This document shows, in pieces, positions 1-12,786 of a stretch of 64,000 nt of DNA. Positions within the stretch are counted from its first letter, which is position 1; each line of letters begins with the position of its first letter. The translations under genes and the position numbers were made by a program. This stretch comes from Octopus sinensis (taxonomy: Eukaryota), in contig NC_043009.1 in the NCBI RefSeq assembly GCF_006345805.1, positions 69,626,001 to 69,690,000 of the forward strand, written 5' to 3'. The notes under the pieces are model-generated. The model had not been told where the DNA came from. It ran no database searches and was given only the letters and a program-made list of their open reading frames with translations.

Positions 1-806
1 TCTGCATAACTGATGGCATATCTCAAAGAGCCATCAGGAACAACAGCGGCTCAATACAGTTTCCTGAGGCACTCCACTTTCTATTACTGTCTCCTTGGAA
101 AGGGCTCTATTGGCTGCCAGACCCCGGCTTCTGTCTTTTAAGACGTCATGCAACTAATCTCCAAGTTTCACAGTTATGTCGACTCTCTGTAGCTTGTGAC
201 ATATTATCCCATGATCAACCTTATCAAAGGACTTTGCTAAATTGAGATATATCACGTCCACGTTTGAGCGATTCGTTAATTGTAAGGTAGCTTCTTCCTG
301 AGCGGAAGCTATGCTGGGTGTCGGGGAGCAAGTCATTATCTTAAAGGAACACAACCAGTCTCTTCCTGACAATGCTTTCCTTGACATTGCTGACATGGGT
401 CGTGAAAGAGACAGGTCTATAATTTTTAACATCTACACTGCAAACTCCCTTATGGATAGAACGTATTATGCCTTCCTCTAACTTTTTGGAAAGTCTCCCA
501 GTTGCGAGGAAGCTTTGGAAGAGAATCTAAAGTGGTCCTGCTAGAGTCCCTTTGCATTTCTTTAAGAGGGTTGCTGGGAATCCATCAGGGCCTGCGGCTG
601 ATTTTGAGCTCACTTCATCAATGGCTGATGTTACACCTGTTTTCTCTATTTCAATGCTATCAATAACTGCCATTTTTTTTCCTGTACAAAGACGAACCCA
701 TAAAAGAAACACAACACCATTTCTAGCAACACACAATCCGCATCACCAAAACATTTTTAACATCATCAAAACAAATTTGCCACTCATAAAACAAAGGGAA
801 AAATAA
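1..806 (-). mobile_element. CR1/L2-group LINE reverse transcriptase fragment (decayed)
   Basis: Minus-strand translations give KSAAGPDGFPATLLKKCKGTLAGPL, NVDVIYLNLAKSFDKVDHGII (DxxKAFDxVxH-like) and SGVPQ near position 70. Stops and frameshifts are present; the element runs off the window edge. Confidence 0.85.
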
Positions 807-1043
807 AAAAAAAAAGCTAATCAAACCCTGACTCTCATTGCATCTTCACAGTAGATGCTGAAGCAAATGGCTGAGATAAGACAACCTTAATTGTCATAAA
901 ACTATTCTGTGTTCTTTCACCCTGGCGGTTGCATGTTATTTGTAGAAATTACAAATTACAGTGTAACGACTTTATCATTTACACCGATTCTTTTCATGGT
1001 AAGTCACAACGAAGTGAACGTATTTTTGCAGCTTATCAAGGCT

Positions 1044-1170
1044 TTCATTCACTCATTCATTAATTCATTCACTCATTCATTCACTCATTCATTCATTCAT
1101 TCACTCATTCATTCAATCACTCATTCACTCATTCATTTATTCTTTCATTCGCTCATTCATTCACTCATTT
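1044..1170. repeat. (TTCA/CATT)n microsatellite
   Basis: Direct reading of tandem ttca/tcac units. Confidence 0.9.
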
Positions 1171-1382
1171 ATTCATACAAATATTATGAAAGGAAAAGTT
1201 TGTTCATACACAATAGAAAAACGTAACAAAAACAAAAAGTAGAACTGCGGCGTTGATTTTGAAAGACTAAAAATTAAGAATTGGTGTCTTCAGGGCCATT
1301 GGAAATATGGAATTTGTAGAATTAATTTGTGAAGTTTCATTCTCTCTCCCTCTCCCACCTATCTCTTTCTTTCTCCTCACTC

Positions 1383-1389
1383 TCTGTAT

Positions 1390-1438
<49 letters not shown>

Positions 1439-1559
1439 AACATACATACATATATACATATACATACATGCATATATATATATACATACATACATGCATA
1501 TATATATATACATACATACATGCATATATATATATACATACATACATGCATATATATAT

Positions 1560-1590
<31 letters not shown>

Positions 1591-1619
1591 CATATAAATA
1601 CATACATAATATATACATT

Positions 1620-1694
<75 letters not shown>

Positions 1695-1740
1695 TACATA
1701 TATGTGCATGTGTGCATATGCTTGCATATATGTGTGAATA
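1383..1740. repeat. Compound (TA)n/(CA)n/(CATA)n microsatellite
   Basis: Direct reading. It explains the overlapping Y/I/H/T ORFs here. Confidence 0.95.
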
Positions 1741-2876
1741 TCATTTAAGTTTACTATTTTACAAAATAAAAGAACTTAATGATATTAAATGATTATTTAA
1801 CTAGCTCTCTGTGTGTGTGTGTGCGTATATTTTGAGAAGTTTATGTTGGTTTTTAGCCTTGGATGTAATAGTTACCCGCCTGCGTGTTATCGTAGGCGCC
1901 TTTTTGGGTGTGTTTGTTGTGTGTTGCGGTGATCATTAGAACGTAAATAAAATATTCACAACTAGACACAAAATAAACTAATTCGTGTACAGAAAGCGAT
2001 ACGGCATCGATTCATCAAATATGGATGCGTTCGGAGTTTTCTGTTGAAATGTCTGGAAGGCAATCAGCTTATTACTTCGGCATTTACGTGGTAACTAACA
2101 TTAAGTAGCTATTGTCTGCAAGAAACACTTTCTTCTCCTTGGTTTATTTTGGAAACAATGAGAAACAGATATGTAAGTATAAGATAAAAAAAAACATAGC
2201 AAAAACAATAATAATATTAATAATAATAAGAAGAAAAAGGAAAAAGAGGCGGGGGAGAAGAAAGTGATTATGCTTACGTAAAGTTTTTTTTTAGCTTTCT
2301 GGTTAAAATCATGCACTTTACGCATACTTCCTGTTGTTTTTCAACAGCTAATGACACACACATACATACACACATGCTTATATATATATATGCATGTGTT
2401 TACATACATACATTTCTAAAGAGAGAGGATGGGAGAGAAAGAGGGGGAGATGGTATTTACTTGTTACAAGTGTAATTAAGATTTATACACATTAGAAATG
2501 TTTCGATCGCTAAAAAGAAGACAGCAACAAAATATTCCGAATAAAATATCTGAGTTTTGAAAGCATTTATTAGAGCACTACAACAATGGCCTCTTAGCTG
2601 TTGTTTGCGTGCATCATTTTAGCTGCAAAGAGTAAATATAATCTGTATATCCCTTCAGTAATATTATAGACCAGGAGACGATTGAAGAATTTCTTTTGTT
2701 GCGTTGATTTCTTGTATATAAATGTATTCCAACCATTCACACGTTCATTTTCACAGCACTTTCCATTTCTGCACTTTTTACTCTCTAATCTTTACATTTC
2801 GCCTAAGAACGATTATATTTTTATGTCAAGTTGTATTTCAATAAATATGTAAATACCTAATTATAAGTGCATGTGT

Positions 2877-2907
<31 letters not shown>

Positions 2908-3719
2908 TACATATACATACACACACACGCGCGCACACACACACACATATATAAACATCCACACAAATACATATGTATGTATATAAATATATACATTACG
3001 GGATATATTCGTCGGTAACAGTTGTTAACATCCCATTAATTTCTATTAACAAATTTAATACTATGTTTCTTTCGAAATCTTGCTTACCAGAGTATTTTGA
3101 GAAAGACATTAGTGTGTCTATATGTAGGAATATGAAAAAGACACACACATACACATAGCCATCTATACATCATACTTAATGCGAATGCATCGTTGGAAAG
3201 CAAATCCACTGCGGTATCCGTCCAGAAATAACATCTCTTACGGACGTACTCTACTTAGAAACACACAATGTACCAGATGGAGAGGAAAATCTTCCTAGTA
3301 ATGGCTGGCGAGAACGCCAGTTGCTTTTTGGCCTGTGCTCTTGTCTCTCCCACGGAGTAGAAAGCCTCCCGAGTCATATATTTCCCCACATATGTAACAC
3401 TTTGACTTTCTTCCTTCTGCAACCACTCCTATTTGATCATAATATTCAAACCTGAAGTGATTCAGGTGTTTTGCTAAGTCATCAGGTGTCCGTAGTACCT
3501 GGAACCTCAGAGTCAGACTAGTTTTATGGTGTTGTGGATTGGAATTGAGTGGCTCTCATTTTTCTGTGCTCCTCTATCATTGCCCGCTGGCTTGGATCAT
3601 ATGGAGTGGCACGTTCGTGATTCATATTTTCGTCATCCGTCTTCTTGCCAGGTATAATGGGATTTTAGAGCTGAGGTCTAGTGTGCCATCTCATTCAACG
3701 TCAATAATAATTATAATAA

Positions 3720-3890
3720 TAACTGTTCCTGTTATTGTGGGTGTCCTAAGTATGATAAGAAAGAGATGTCAAAAACATCTAGATAATATCCCAGGAGAAC
3801 CATGTCTCAGAGAAATGCAAAAGATTCTGCTGATAAGTATTACCCACATCTTTAGAAAAACCCTATCAATGTAAATGTCTGTGTTGTATT
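3720..3890 (+). mobile_element. R4/Dong-clade LINE 3' end (C-terminus of the restriction-like endonuclease)
   Basis: VPVIVGVLSMIRKRCQKHLDNIPGEPCLREMQKILLISITHIFRKTL matches the VPxxVGALG...LQKxxLLGTAxIxRxVL tail also seen at 59300-59420. It is preceded by a (TAA)n tract. Confidence 0.7.
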
Positions 3891-4673
3891 ACACGAAGAT
3901 ATTTCGCTGCTGCCCCTGCCACTTCCCCTCCCCAAGCTTGTAGCCATACTGTAACATCTCATCCTTCACTCGCCCTAGGAAATTCGCCCAGAAATTAAAG
4001 AAACAATACCCAACAAAATGTTTATAGAACCCACACACGGATGCGTACATAACCAAAACCGACTCACAGTATTTAAATGTCTTTAACCAAAGAGGCAACA
4101 AGCCTCATTCCTCTGAAGTGGAAAGGAACGACTATGATCAGTGTTCGGCGAAAATACAGCACAAAGAATAAAGGAGAAAGTAACAGTAGGGAATTTCGTC
4201 CAGTGAGCCTCCGGCAATCACGATGCGAAAGAAACTTCATCACACGTCGAGATGCGGTGTTTTGTCAAAAAGTTGACGCTGTAAAGACGGACCCATCTCT
4301 TAATGTCACGGCCCAAGCGTATAGCAAAAGCAGAAAAGAGCGATGGACAGACTCCAATGACGTGTTATACGCACACTACAATGCAACTCCCCCACCCCGA
4401 ACACATACTGGAATGAACTCATGTAGTAAATACTCAATAAAATGAACAAACCCCACAACATGTGCCATAGAAGCCCGATGCCCAACAAAAGAATACAATG
4501 TGCACTGCACAAACAATACGAATTGGTAGAATAGAAGACTGAAACCAACCCCCAAAACAAAACATTCTGATGCAACACAATATTCCACAAACGTAAAAGA
4601 TTGTTGCACACACCTCAGCAGAATGAAAGCGTGGGAAGTGATGCAATAGAAAGTTAGTTGAAACTATGAGAAG

Positions 4674-4960
4674 TTGAATAACAATAGTGGTGATGATGAT
4701 GGTGACGAACGTTATCTTAACTCAGTTAATGGGAGACAGCAGTTTCCGCAGAACAGTGAAAATGAAGTTGAACCTTTAAGGGAAGGCCCCTCGCTCGGCA
4801 GTGGATCAGTAAAGATGGAGGCTGACTACAGCTGTCACCCTAACACAGCATCAGCAGATAATAGAGCAAGGAGAAGGAAGAGGACAAGCGAAGAAAACAG
4901 GATAGCGAAAGAGTGCTACTTAGAAAGTGAACCTAGCAGGAGTTATAGAAAACGAATGGT
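4674..4960 (+). mobile_element. R4/Dong-clade LINE N-terminal fragment
   Basis: RRRKRTSEENRIAKECYLESEPSRSYRKRM parallels RRWS*QINAVVMECYYLSNP...YRQRM at the start of the 56074 element. Confidence 0.7.
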
Positions 4961-4964
4961 ATCC

Positions 4965-5140
4965 CTTCGGGTAGGCCCTCATGTCTACGGCGTTCGTCGC
5001 TGGAATAGTTGAATGGTTGGAATGGTTGGAGATTACGCGGTCGTTAGCCTCAAATCGCCCTGCCTGGTCGACGTTTGCGAGAGATGCAGCATTAAGGATG
5101 AATGAAGCCAGCCCAACCCACCCCGGGTGAATGCAGTTTA
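4965..5140 (+). mobile_element. RTE-clade LINE 3' end between two R4 fragments
   Basis: GPHVYGVRRWNS/(frameshift)WLEITRSLASNRPAWSTFARDAALRMNEASPTHPG* followed by ccccgggtgaatgc. This resembles an RTE C-terminus as I recall it. Confidence 0.55.
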
Positions 5141-5149
5141 AAAAAGAAA

Positions 5150-5705
5150 GATGTACAACAAGGATATAGGATGGAATTCGGTATCTCGAAGTGTGCGGTG
5201 CTCACTTTGAAACGAGGAAAAAGAGCAGATTGTAGGAGCATAGACTTACTAAACGGGTAGAGAGTGGAAAACCCGGATGATGACGGGTACAAGCACCGTG
5301 AGATTCTGAGGCTGGACAATATCTTGCACAGAGAAATGAAAGACAAGGTCATCGCTGCGTGTTTGAAGCCCTCGACTTCTCTTGAAATCTAAGCTCGGCT
5401 CAAGGAACCTTGTAACTGCCATCAACATATGGGCTGTTACTGTAGTCCGTTATAGTGCCCCCACTTTGAAATGGGCACGAACAAAGATTAACCAACCCGA
5501 AAGACAAATACAATACATGGTGCCCTCCACCCTAAGGCGAACGTACACAGGCTCTACATGAAGAGGTGTAAAGGTAGACGTGGGCTGATTAGCGTACGGG
5601 AATGCATCAACAGTGAAAGAAGAAACATGGCGGAATATTTGGCAGAAGGAGTTGAGGGATATTGGTATAGAAGAATATACACTCAAACATTTCAAGGGTA
5701 AACAC
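5150..5705 (+). mobile_element. R4/Dong-clade LINE post-RT fragment
   Basis: MEFGISKCAVLTLKRGK...GYK...DNILHREMKDKV...HGALHPKANVHRLYMKRCKGRRGLISVREC, homologous to 58050-58500. Confidence 0.8.
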
Positions 5706-5819
5706 AATAACGGATTTCGCAGGAACAAATCCAGAAAATTGTGTTTAGGCATAAAAGAAGCAGAAACTAAAACAAAAAAGTGTATGAAGACACACAAAAT
5801 ATAAGTGATTTATATTTAC

Positions 5820-5910
5820 CTGTAAAGGGGAGATATTAAATTTGGTGAAACTAGGTATTTTCTTTCTTCTAGTTCCGCTTTCAAGTATTTTCCAGGTCCG
5901 CAGAGGAATG
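5820..5910 (-). CDS. Host gene exon: first third of a second CUB domain (91 bp, phase 1 to 2)
   Basis: Acceptor tattctttttacag, donor TACAG|gtaaat. Translates to (P)FLCGPGKYLKAELEERKYLVSPNLISPLY(S/R), fitting CG..L.A....YL.SPN...Y. Same phases and similar length as the paralogous exon 51887-51974. Confidence 0.8.
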
Positions 5911-6079
5911 CTGTAAAAAGAATATATGTGTAAATTCTAGTTTGAGTATTTCTTATTCAAAACAAAGAGACCGCGACCTAAGAAGAAAAGTCGATACAAA
6001 TCAGCGATGTAATGAGAATTTAAAGCCACCGACCTGACCTTTTTAACCTTAGAAACATAACACCAACAACTCTGTTCAG

Positions 6080-6450
6080 GAACGCTGGTTTAGCAATATG
6101 AAGCAAAACCAACGATCACACCTTAGATAAATTCAATGATAACAAAGAAACATCTTCAAAGAATTTTTGCTGATTAGAACAGTTTTATATGATTAGTATA
6201 ACGAAGGTCAATTTCTTGAATGTAATTCCAAACCTCAAAATAGACATATTCTTACAGAAAACTTGACGAAAAGTCTGTTTATATCCATAGGAACTCCAAC
6301 CACTCCTGCAGCAATTAATTAGAACCATAGGCAAATTCGTCAACAAAATCTCCAATCAATCGCCGAATAGGGCCATTTTGAAGAGGACCACAGCTCATTC
6401 TTATGAGAGGTAGCTTTATTGATAAGTTATTGTATATGGAGACCCCCATC
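6080..6450 (+). mobile_element. Penelope-like element RT C-terminal relic
   Basis: Frameshifted KVNFLNV..NL and SVYIHRNSNHS motifs (compare FLDV and YIHxxSNHP in PLE RTs). Confidence 0.55.
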
Positions 6451-7469
6451 TATTTCCAAATCCAGAGTTAGGATGATTCAAAGCACAATAAAAGGAATGG
6501 AAATAAGAAGTATCTATTGAAAGATTTTTGTTGGAAAGAAAATAGTGAAGCAAGACTAGCAGAAAAAGTCTCGTTGAAACGTGGAGAAATAGCATAAGTG
6601 TGGAACTTGTTATTACAGCTTTGTTTCTCATTCGAATAAAGCCAATAACTAACCACAAGAAAGCAAACAAATATCGCCACAGAAGATTATTTGATCGACT
6701 TTATTTGATTTAAACTTGATTTGTTGTAGTTCCTGAATTAATGGACTTGATTATGGGAAAAGCAAATATAAGAGTTTCTAAGGACGCTGGTTCAAACCAG
6801 ACCATAGTATAAAAAGTGCAATTTTAGAAATATTTTCATGAACAGCTTTTTAAAAAATATCTTTTTCTAAACAAATCAACATACAAGTAAATGAAACATA
6901 AAAAAAAATGATAAACAAATATGTTTATATAAAGACAATAAATTTATATTATGAAACAAAATACAACGAAAACAATAAAATATTGGAATAAATTTCAATA
7001 TAAACGGCAAGAAAAAAAAAAGAACTAAAGCAGAGAAAATAACATTTAAAAAAATATTCATTATTCATGTTGCCATAAATTAATATCTCAATTTTAAGCT
7101 ATCGTTTATTGGTATATAGTTTTTTATGGAGTGCATTTATTGTCAATTCCGTATAACCACGTGACTTCCATTTATTGCGTGATCGTTTCAAGAAACAATA
7201 TTTGTTGCCATGGCATGAACCGCTTGACAGATCACTCGACTGTCAACGCTCATTAAATAGATATTTATAAATAATCAAATAAATAGCATTTCCTTGGGCA
7301 GAAGAATCAAAAAGCAAATCGGATACATTTATAAATTCTTAATGTTGATTCCGGACAAGGTAACACCAAACACAATCGTATCCATATTATGTTTCGAATA
7401 CCTTCGAGGATTTCTTCCCAGAGCAGAAGAGAAAGCGCTGTTGAGTAAGCTAAACCAATTTCTGTTGCT

Positions 7470-7850
7470 GGTGTTGCTGTTGAGTGAACGGTCTTCGTCC
7501 CAGAGCTCGCAAGATGGGAGAAATCCGAAACGTGGTCCTTTGCTATTCGTAAGACCCGCAGAAGAGAAAGCAGGTCAACCCCCGACACCGAAAGCATCGA
7601 TGGATGGATGAATGCGCATCCAGGCTCAGCGGTTGCGTAGGAAGTCGGGGAAAGAAACAGGAAAAAAGAGTGAGAGAAAGTTGGGGCGAAAGAGTACAAC
7701 AGGGGTGGCCACCCACCCCTACCGGAGCCTCGTAGAGCTTTAGGTGTTTTCGCTCAATAAACACACACAACGTCCGGTCTGGGAATCGAAACCGCGATCC
7801 TCCGACCGTGAGTCCGCTGTTCTAACCATTGGGCCATTGCGCCTCCTCTG
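7470..7850 (-). mobile_element. tRNA-derived SINE, family C
   Basis: Minus-strand head gaggcgcaatggcccaatggttag (A box) ... ggtttcgattccc (B box). A close second copy is at 62720-63020. Confidence 0.85.
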
Positions 7851-8200
7851 TTGCTGCTAATGCAGGAGAAGCAAAGAGAAATGATAAGGAGGTGAATATT
7901 GTCGACTGTGTGAGCTATAGTAATAACACACGATTCGAAACGGCACAGCGCAATATTTGAAAAATTAAAGCAGAATCCAAATAAAAGGACGCCTTGAATG
8001 ATACAGTAATGAGTGGAAGGCTTTTGGTATTGATCGACATAATCAGGGCGATATGGGCATTAGGGGCGACTACAGAAAATTAATTATTATCATTAAATAA
8101 AGGAATCAACGAGATTACGCAGAAAGTCCACAACTGTCACCGTCGACGTTTATGGCCAACATTCACAATTTTTTTTCACAAAACAATAGCAAAATATACA

Positions 8201-8275
8201 ACTACTACTACTACTACTACTACTACTAGTAGTAGTAGTAGTAGTAGTAATAACAATAATAATAATAATAATATT
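8201..8275. repeat. (CTA)n-(TAG)n palindromic microsatellite followed by (TAA)n
   Basis: 8206-8249 is a perfect palindrome with 22-bp arms centred on ctag. Confidence 0.85.
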
Positions 8276-8521
8276 AATAGTGAATTTGCGTGTGTAATCT
8301 GGGAATACATACAATGAGCTTTTCTGCCCTAGGTGTACGGAAAACACTCGGCGAGAAACGGAAGAAAATTTGAAGAAAGAAGGAAAAATAATAATAATAA
8401 TAATGTTTCCAACAAAGAATTCTCCACTCTACAGTACTGCTTTTTGGTAAACGGCGTCAATATGGAACACGAGAGAGAAATTTTCAGTTAATTGGAAAAT
8501 ACTGAGTATCTGGAATACTCA

Positions 8522-8563
<42 letters not shown>

Positions 8564-9089
8564 GGTACGCACACAGATACACACACATTCATGCACACAC
8601 GGAGGTACGCACACACACACACACCCATATGCAAGTGTTTTACTTACACACATCTCTCGCTATGTAGCGCATTTTAAATCCTTTGTAATCATAGGAATCG
8701 TCTGTCTCGAATTGAACCATGAGTTTCTGACCGGTACTAATAAACGAAGGATGCTTCACGCCACACCATCTGTCGAGACTTGGCGAGTTCACATTTCCAC
8801 CTGTTAAGTGAGACAAAAGAAAAAGTCACATGAGAAAAAAACTTGTAAGTGTACATTGGTTGATATAATTACATTCAATATAAATAAACGCGCGCGCGCA
8901 CACACACCGCGTCGGCACCAAGAACCGGTCTCTGCCCTCCTCCAGATTGACTTCACACTTATTTTAGAAGTTCCTAGCTGAGGTCACTACATCTTTTTTT
9001 GTACGAATAAATTTTCTTTAGCATTCATCCCTGTTTTCCCCATTAATGTTGTAATTACAGTCAATTTAATCCCACCCCCCACGATTCCT

Positions 9090-9600
9090 GGGTGGATCGT
9101 AGGGATAGGGACCTGAGGCACCTCCTCCATAGGAAATAAGCGTCCTTAAAACTTCCTGCTGGATTCCCAAAGTTGACCAACAAAAATTATGGATATTTTT
9201 CAATCATTTCGTTCTTGGTTTGCCACTAGGTTTTATGTTGGTTGGCTCGACTTGAAGAATTTGGCTTGCGATTATTTCACGCGCTACTACAATCCCATGT
9301 CCGAAGTAACAGAGTTGTGACCTCTCGCTACGAAGAAATAGTAGCATGGCCTGGGGAGACTCCCTGAACTCCGAGCTATGCACCATGTCGAGTATCGTTC
9401 TTCAGAGATCCTTTGAAGGAACCCCAATCCAGTCGCTTATATTTGCGATCACAGTCTTAAGGATATTTCCCAGCATGCAAGACCATAGGTGAAGGTAGAC
9501 GCAAAACGAAACTGAAGAGAACAAGACTGGTCTTTTACCAACCTCTTCGCTGGTTAAAAATTTGGTGATGCTAGGCTGAATTGTTAGTATGGACGGGATT
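9090..9600 (-). mobile_element. RTE-clade LINE 3' fragment
   Basis: QLCYFGH...KPSGKPRTK(W)...WSTLGI resembles the RTE tail QLRWFGHV...RPRGRPRTRW. Confidence 0.6.
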
Positions 9601-9699
9601 GTAGTTTATACAAGCAGCAGGAGTTTAGCAACATGGTGTTGTGAATGGAGAAGCCAGAGATAAGGTGGCATATCTGGATTGTCAGATGCTATTAGCCGG

Positions 9700-10390
9700 A
9701 AGTCTGGGCATACATCTGGTAGCGAAAAGATAGTTCGTTCTTCTTGTTGATGGATACTGCATCTTGGTTGAGTGTGTGTAGTCTCTCGATGAGATTACGC
9801 ATATTCAAGCAAGATGCACTATCTATCAACAGGAATTCCAGATTAGTAAGGCACGTCAGTGAAAGATATTCCACTTGGGAGAGTCATTCTGATGGTCGCA
9901 GAGTCTCCAGTTGAATCAGGACACAGAGGCAGAATTTTCCCTATCTCTGCACCTGAATCAGTGTATAAGCTGCGTATATCTTCTCTTAATACCATTAGTT
10001 GTCATGCTCTAGTGCTATCCTGTAATACATTCAGATAACGTGAAGGTGACTCTGTATACTACATCCTTTTAGAGGCAGGATCCTCCCAGTGGGCAGTTGG
10101 TAGGATGTGTATTGAAGGCTGTTTAGATATGCGTTTGCGTCTATCGTAGCGAACAATATTTGAGGCGACATTATCTGAGCAGGTTTAACCGACCTTTACA
10201 TTGTAGGAATTGAAGAGTTTATAACATGAGTTCTTGGGTAAATAGCATGCAGGAAGCTCCTAGATATGTTAGAGAAAATCCCGGGTCAAAAGGCATATAA
10301 AACCAGATTATCTTTCTTTTTCTGACCCTGCTGATATAGTCTATAGATTTCTTTTCTACCTGATTTTGTAGAGTACCTGTCTACGATCTG
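9700..10390 (-). mobile_element. Penelope-like element relic (RT end plus GIY-YIG endonuclease)
   Basis: RKRKIIWF, KLFNSYNVKV, CPLGGSCL*KDVVY and INKKNEL appear in the expected order with frameshifts. Confidence 0.7.
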
Positions 10391-11759
10391 ATGTACGAGT
10401 GTGTAATGTATACATGTATTTCTGTTTGTGAATGTGTTTTTTTTTGTGTGTGTGTGTGTGTGTTTTATATACTCTGTTTCTTTTTCTTGAAATAATTCTA
10501 GTGTTTGGTAGTTAATATTGCTTCGTATTTAAATTGTTGTAGCTCATTATCATAGCAGCATTGTGTACATTTTTTTAAACTTTCATTATCACGTCTCATT
10601 AAATTCTTGATTTGAGGTTTCTGACTTTCATCGGGAAACCTTTCAGCCGTGACGTCTGCTATTTCTTCCATTCAAGAATAATCTATTTGTGATTTCGTTT
10701 ACATTTTCTCTAATATTTTGCTATTAATGTAGATTCTAGAACAATGACGTTGCCTTGATTTTACATACAAGATATCTATGTTAACGAATATCGCTGTTTT
10801 TCCAATATAGTTATATCAAGTTTTGTTCTTGTGTTTTATAAGTTACAACTTCATTTATTGCAAATGCATTGTGGGTCAGTGTGATAATGCTGTACATGTA
10901 TGCTCAACGTGCAATTTACTCACAGAAATCATTGAAATTCTATATTATGAAATGTGGGTCAAAACTACGTAGAACACAACTTCGCAACATAGATTGGTAA
11001 TAAAAGCTGCTGCCTGTAATCTATTTCTTTCGATGCTTTACTCATTCTTTAACCCACCTGAAGCCAGCTTTGATTTTATGCAATCAATTTATTTGAAATG
11101 GTTTAATCAATTCTGTTTCAAACTAAGAAACACTACCAGAAAATATTCCATACTTCAACAACCATATGCACCTCGCTAAGTGGATGTAGGGACACAATAA
11201 AAAACAATGTAATTAGACAGGTAACTAAATCCTACGTATCTCACTACAAACTCGCCATGTTAATATATTATAAAAACACACGAATGAAATATTTTCATTA
11301 ACCTAAACCCACAGAAATATCAATATAATTGATATTTAAATCTCAATGTAAGTATGAAAGTTTTCTGCTTCAAAAATCAAGCCGCAACATTGGTCAAGCA
11401 TTTGCAACCTTATTCTATCGCTTGACTATGCATGGACCAGGCAGAGTCATCGCAATACACTTGAATACAATATATATGCAACAAAACAGAATATAGTATA
11501 TGCAACAAAGAAAAAATAAACACGGGAAGAGTGTCCACGGAGGCTTTGGTAAAAGGAAAATATAAAACCAAAACCTTTTCTTTAGTAATTCAACGGCAGC
11601 AATGCTGCATTGCTGTTTTGAAAGGCATTACTCCAACAGATCGATCCCTAGCACTTGGTTTTAAAATTTGGTACTCTTGTATTGGCGTACAGTATGGAAC
11701 TGCAATTATCAAACAATTGAGGCGACAAACACAGTTATCCACACCCACCCGTACATCCA

Positions 11760-11790
11760 TGCCAGCCAGCCAGCCAGCCAGCCAGTCAGC

Positions 11791-11829
<39 letters not shown>

Positions 11830-11845
11830 TCTATCCATCCATCCA
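11760..11845. repeat. (CCAG)n(TCTG)n(TCTA)n compound microsatellite
   Basis: Direct reading. Confidence 0.9.
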
Positions 11846-12468
11846 GTAGTAGGTGTCAGTGATATTCTTCTAGTCCATAGGGGCTGGGTACGAAATCTAG
11901 TAGTAAATACTTGAGTCCGTTCAGGTTAAGATCAATGGCTGTAGAGTTATTTTTAGCAAACCCTAAAGATTAGAAGAATACCACTGGCCCCTATTATTCT
12001 CTTTAAATTCCTTTCGTTTTGCTCTATTTTGTTTACTTTTTACATTATCTTCCACTACCTCCTCCTCTCTCTCATCTTCTTGGCTATCTTTGTACACTAT
12101 ATGTCTATATACCTTACTTTATCCTTAATGCCAATCCTTAACCCACCCTCACAATCTACCTCTCTTTCTATGTATTTACTTTTCTTTCTTTTTACCACTT
12201 AATACCCACCCCCGCCCGCTACCATTCTGTTATCGAACGTTGACATGTTCGCGTCTTTTGTCTGGATGTTTACAATATCAACACTTTACCCACAGGAATT
12301 AACGCAGGATTGCTCCAAAGGACTTATGGACTCATTTCTACAAGATCGAAAAGTTGAACTGTGAACTTTTATGCTTCTTTTTTCTTCCCTTTCTTCGTCT
12401 CCTTCTTCATTTACTCATACCCTCTATGTCATCATTTCATTCAGCTATACCCTTCTCATTTCCTATTT

Positions 12469-12524
12469 GTCTCTGATGACGGAGTATCCCATACTCTGGG
12501 ACATCCCAGAAACAGCTGTAAGAC
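12469..12524 (+). ncRNA. Type I hammerhead ribozyme motif (branched helix II)
   Basis: gtct-CTGATGA-[29 nt, two hairpins]-GAAA-cagctg-TA-agac. Helix I is gtct/agac and helix III is the palindrome acagctgt. It sits at the end of a pyrimidine-rich, probably PLE-terminal, segment (about 11870-12560). Confidence 0.6.
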
Positions 12525-12698
12525 TTTGAAATTTTTTCCCAATAATAATAATAATGTATGTAATTTGAGATGCTTGACTTGCCTTAACGTTTGCTGTCCT
12601 CTTTAACAATTATATATCCACTGCACTGGAAATCTGCCATCCATTAAAGCATTTACCTAGCGTACGTAATCGTTTAGATCATCTGTGAACTAAACCTC

Positions 12699-12782
<84 letters not shown>

Positions 12783-12786
<4 letters not shown>

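Noticed and set aside
946-998. Plus-strand exon candidate (tag|...CATG|gtaagt; NYKLQCNDFIIYTDSFH)
   Set aside because: No recognisable domain and no partner exons; such site pairs occur by chance in AT-rich DNA.
3400-3500. CTGATGA on the minus strand as a hammerhead core
   Set aside because: No helix III or cleavage triplet, and no paired helix II closing before the next GAAA.
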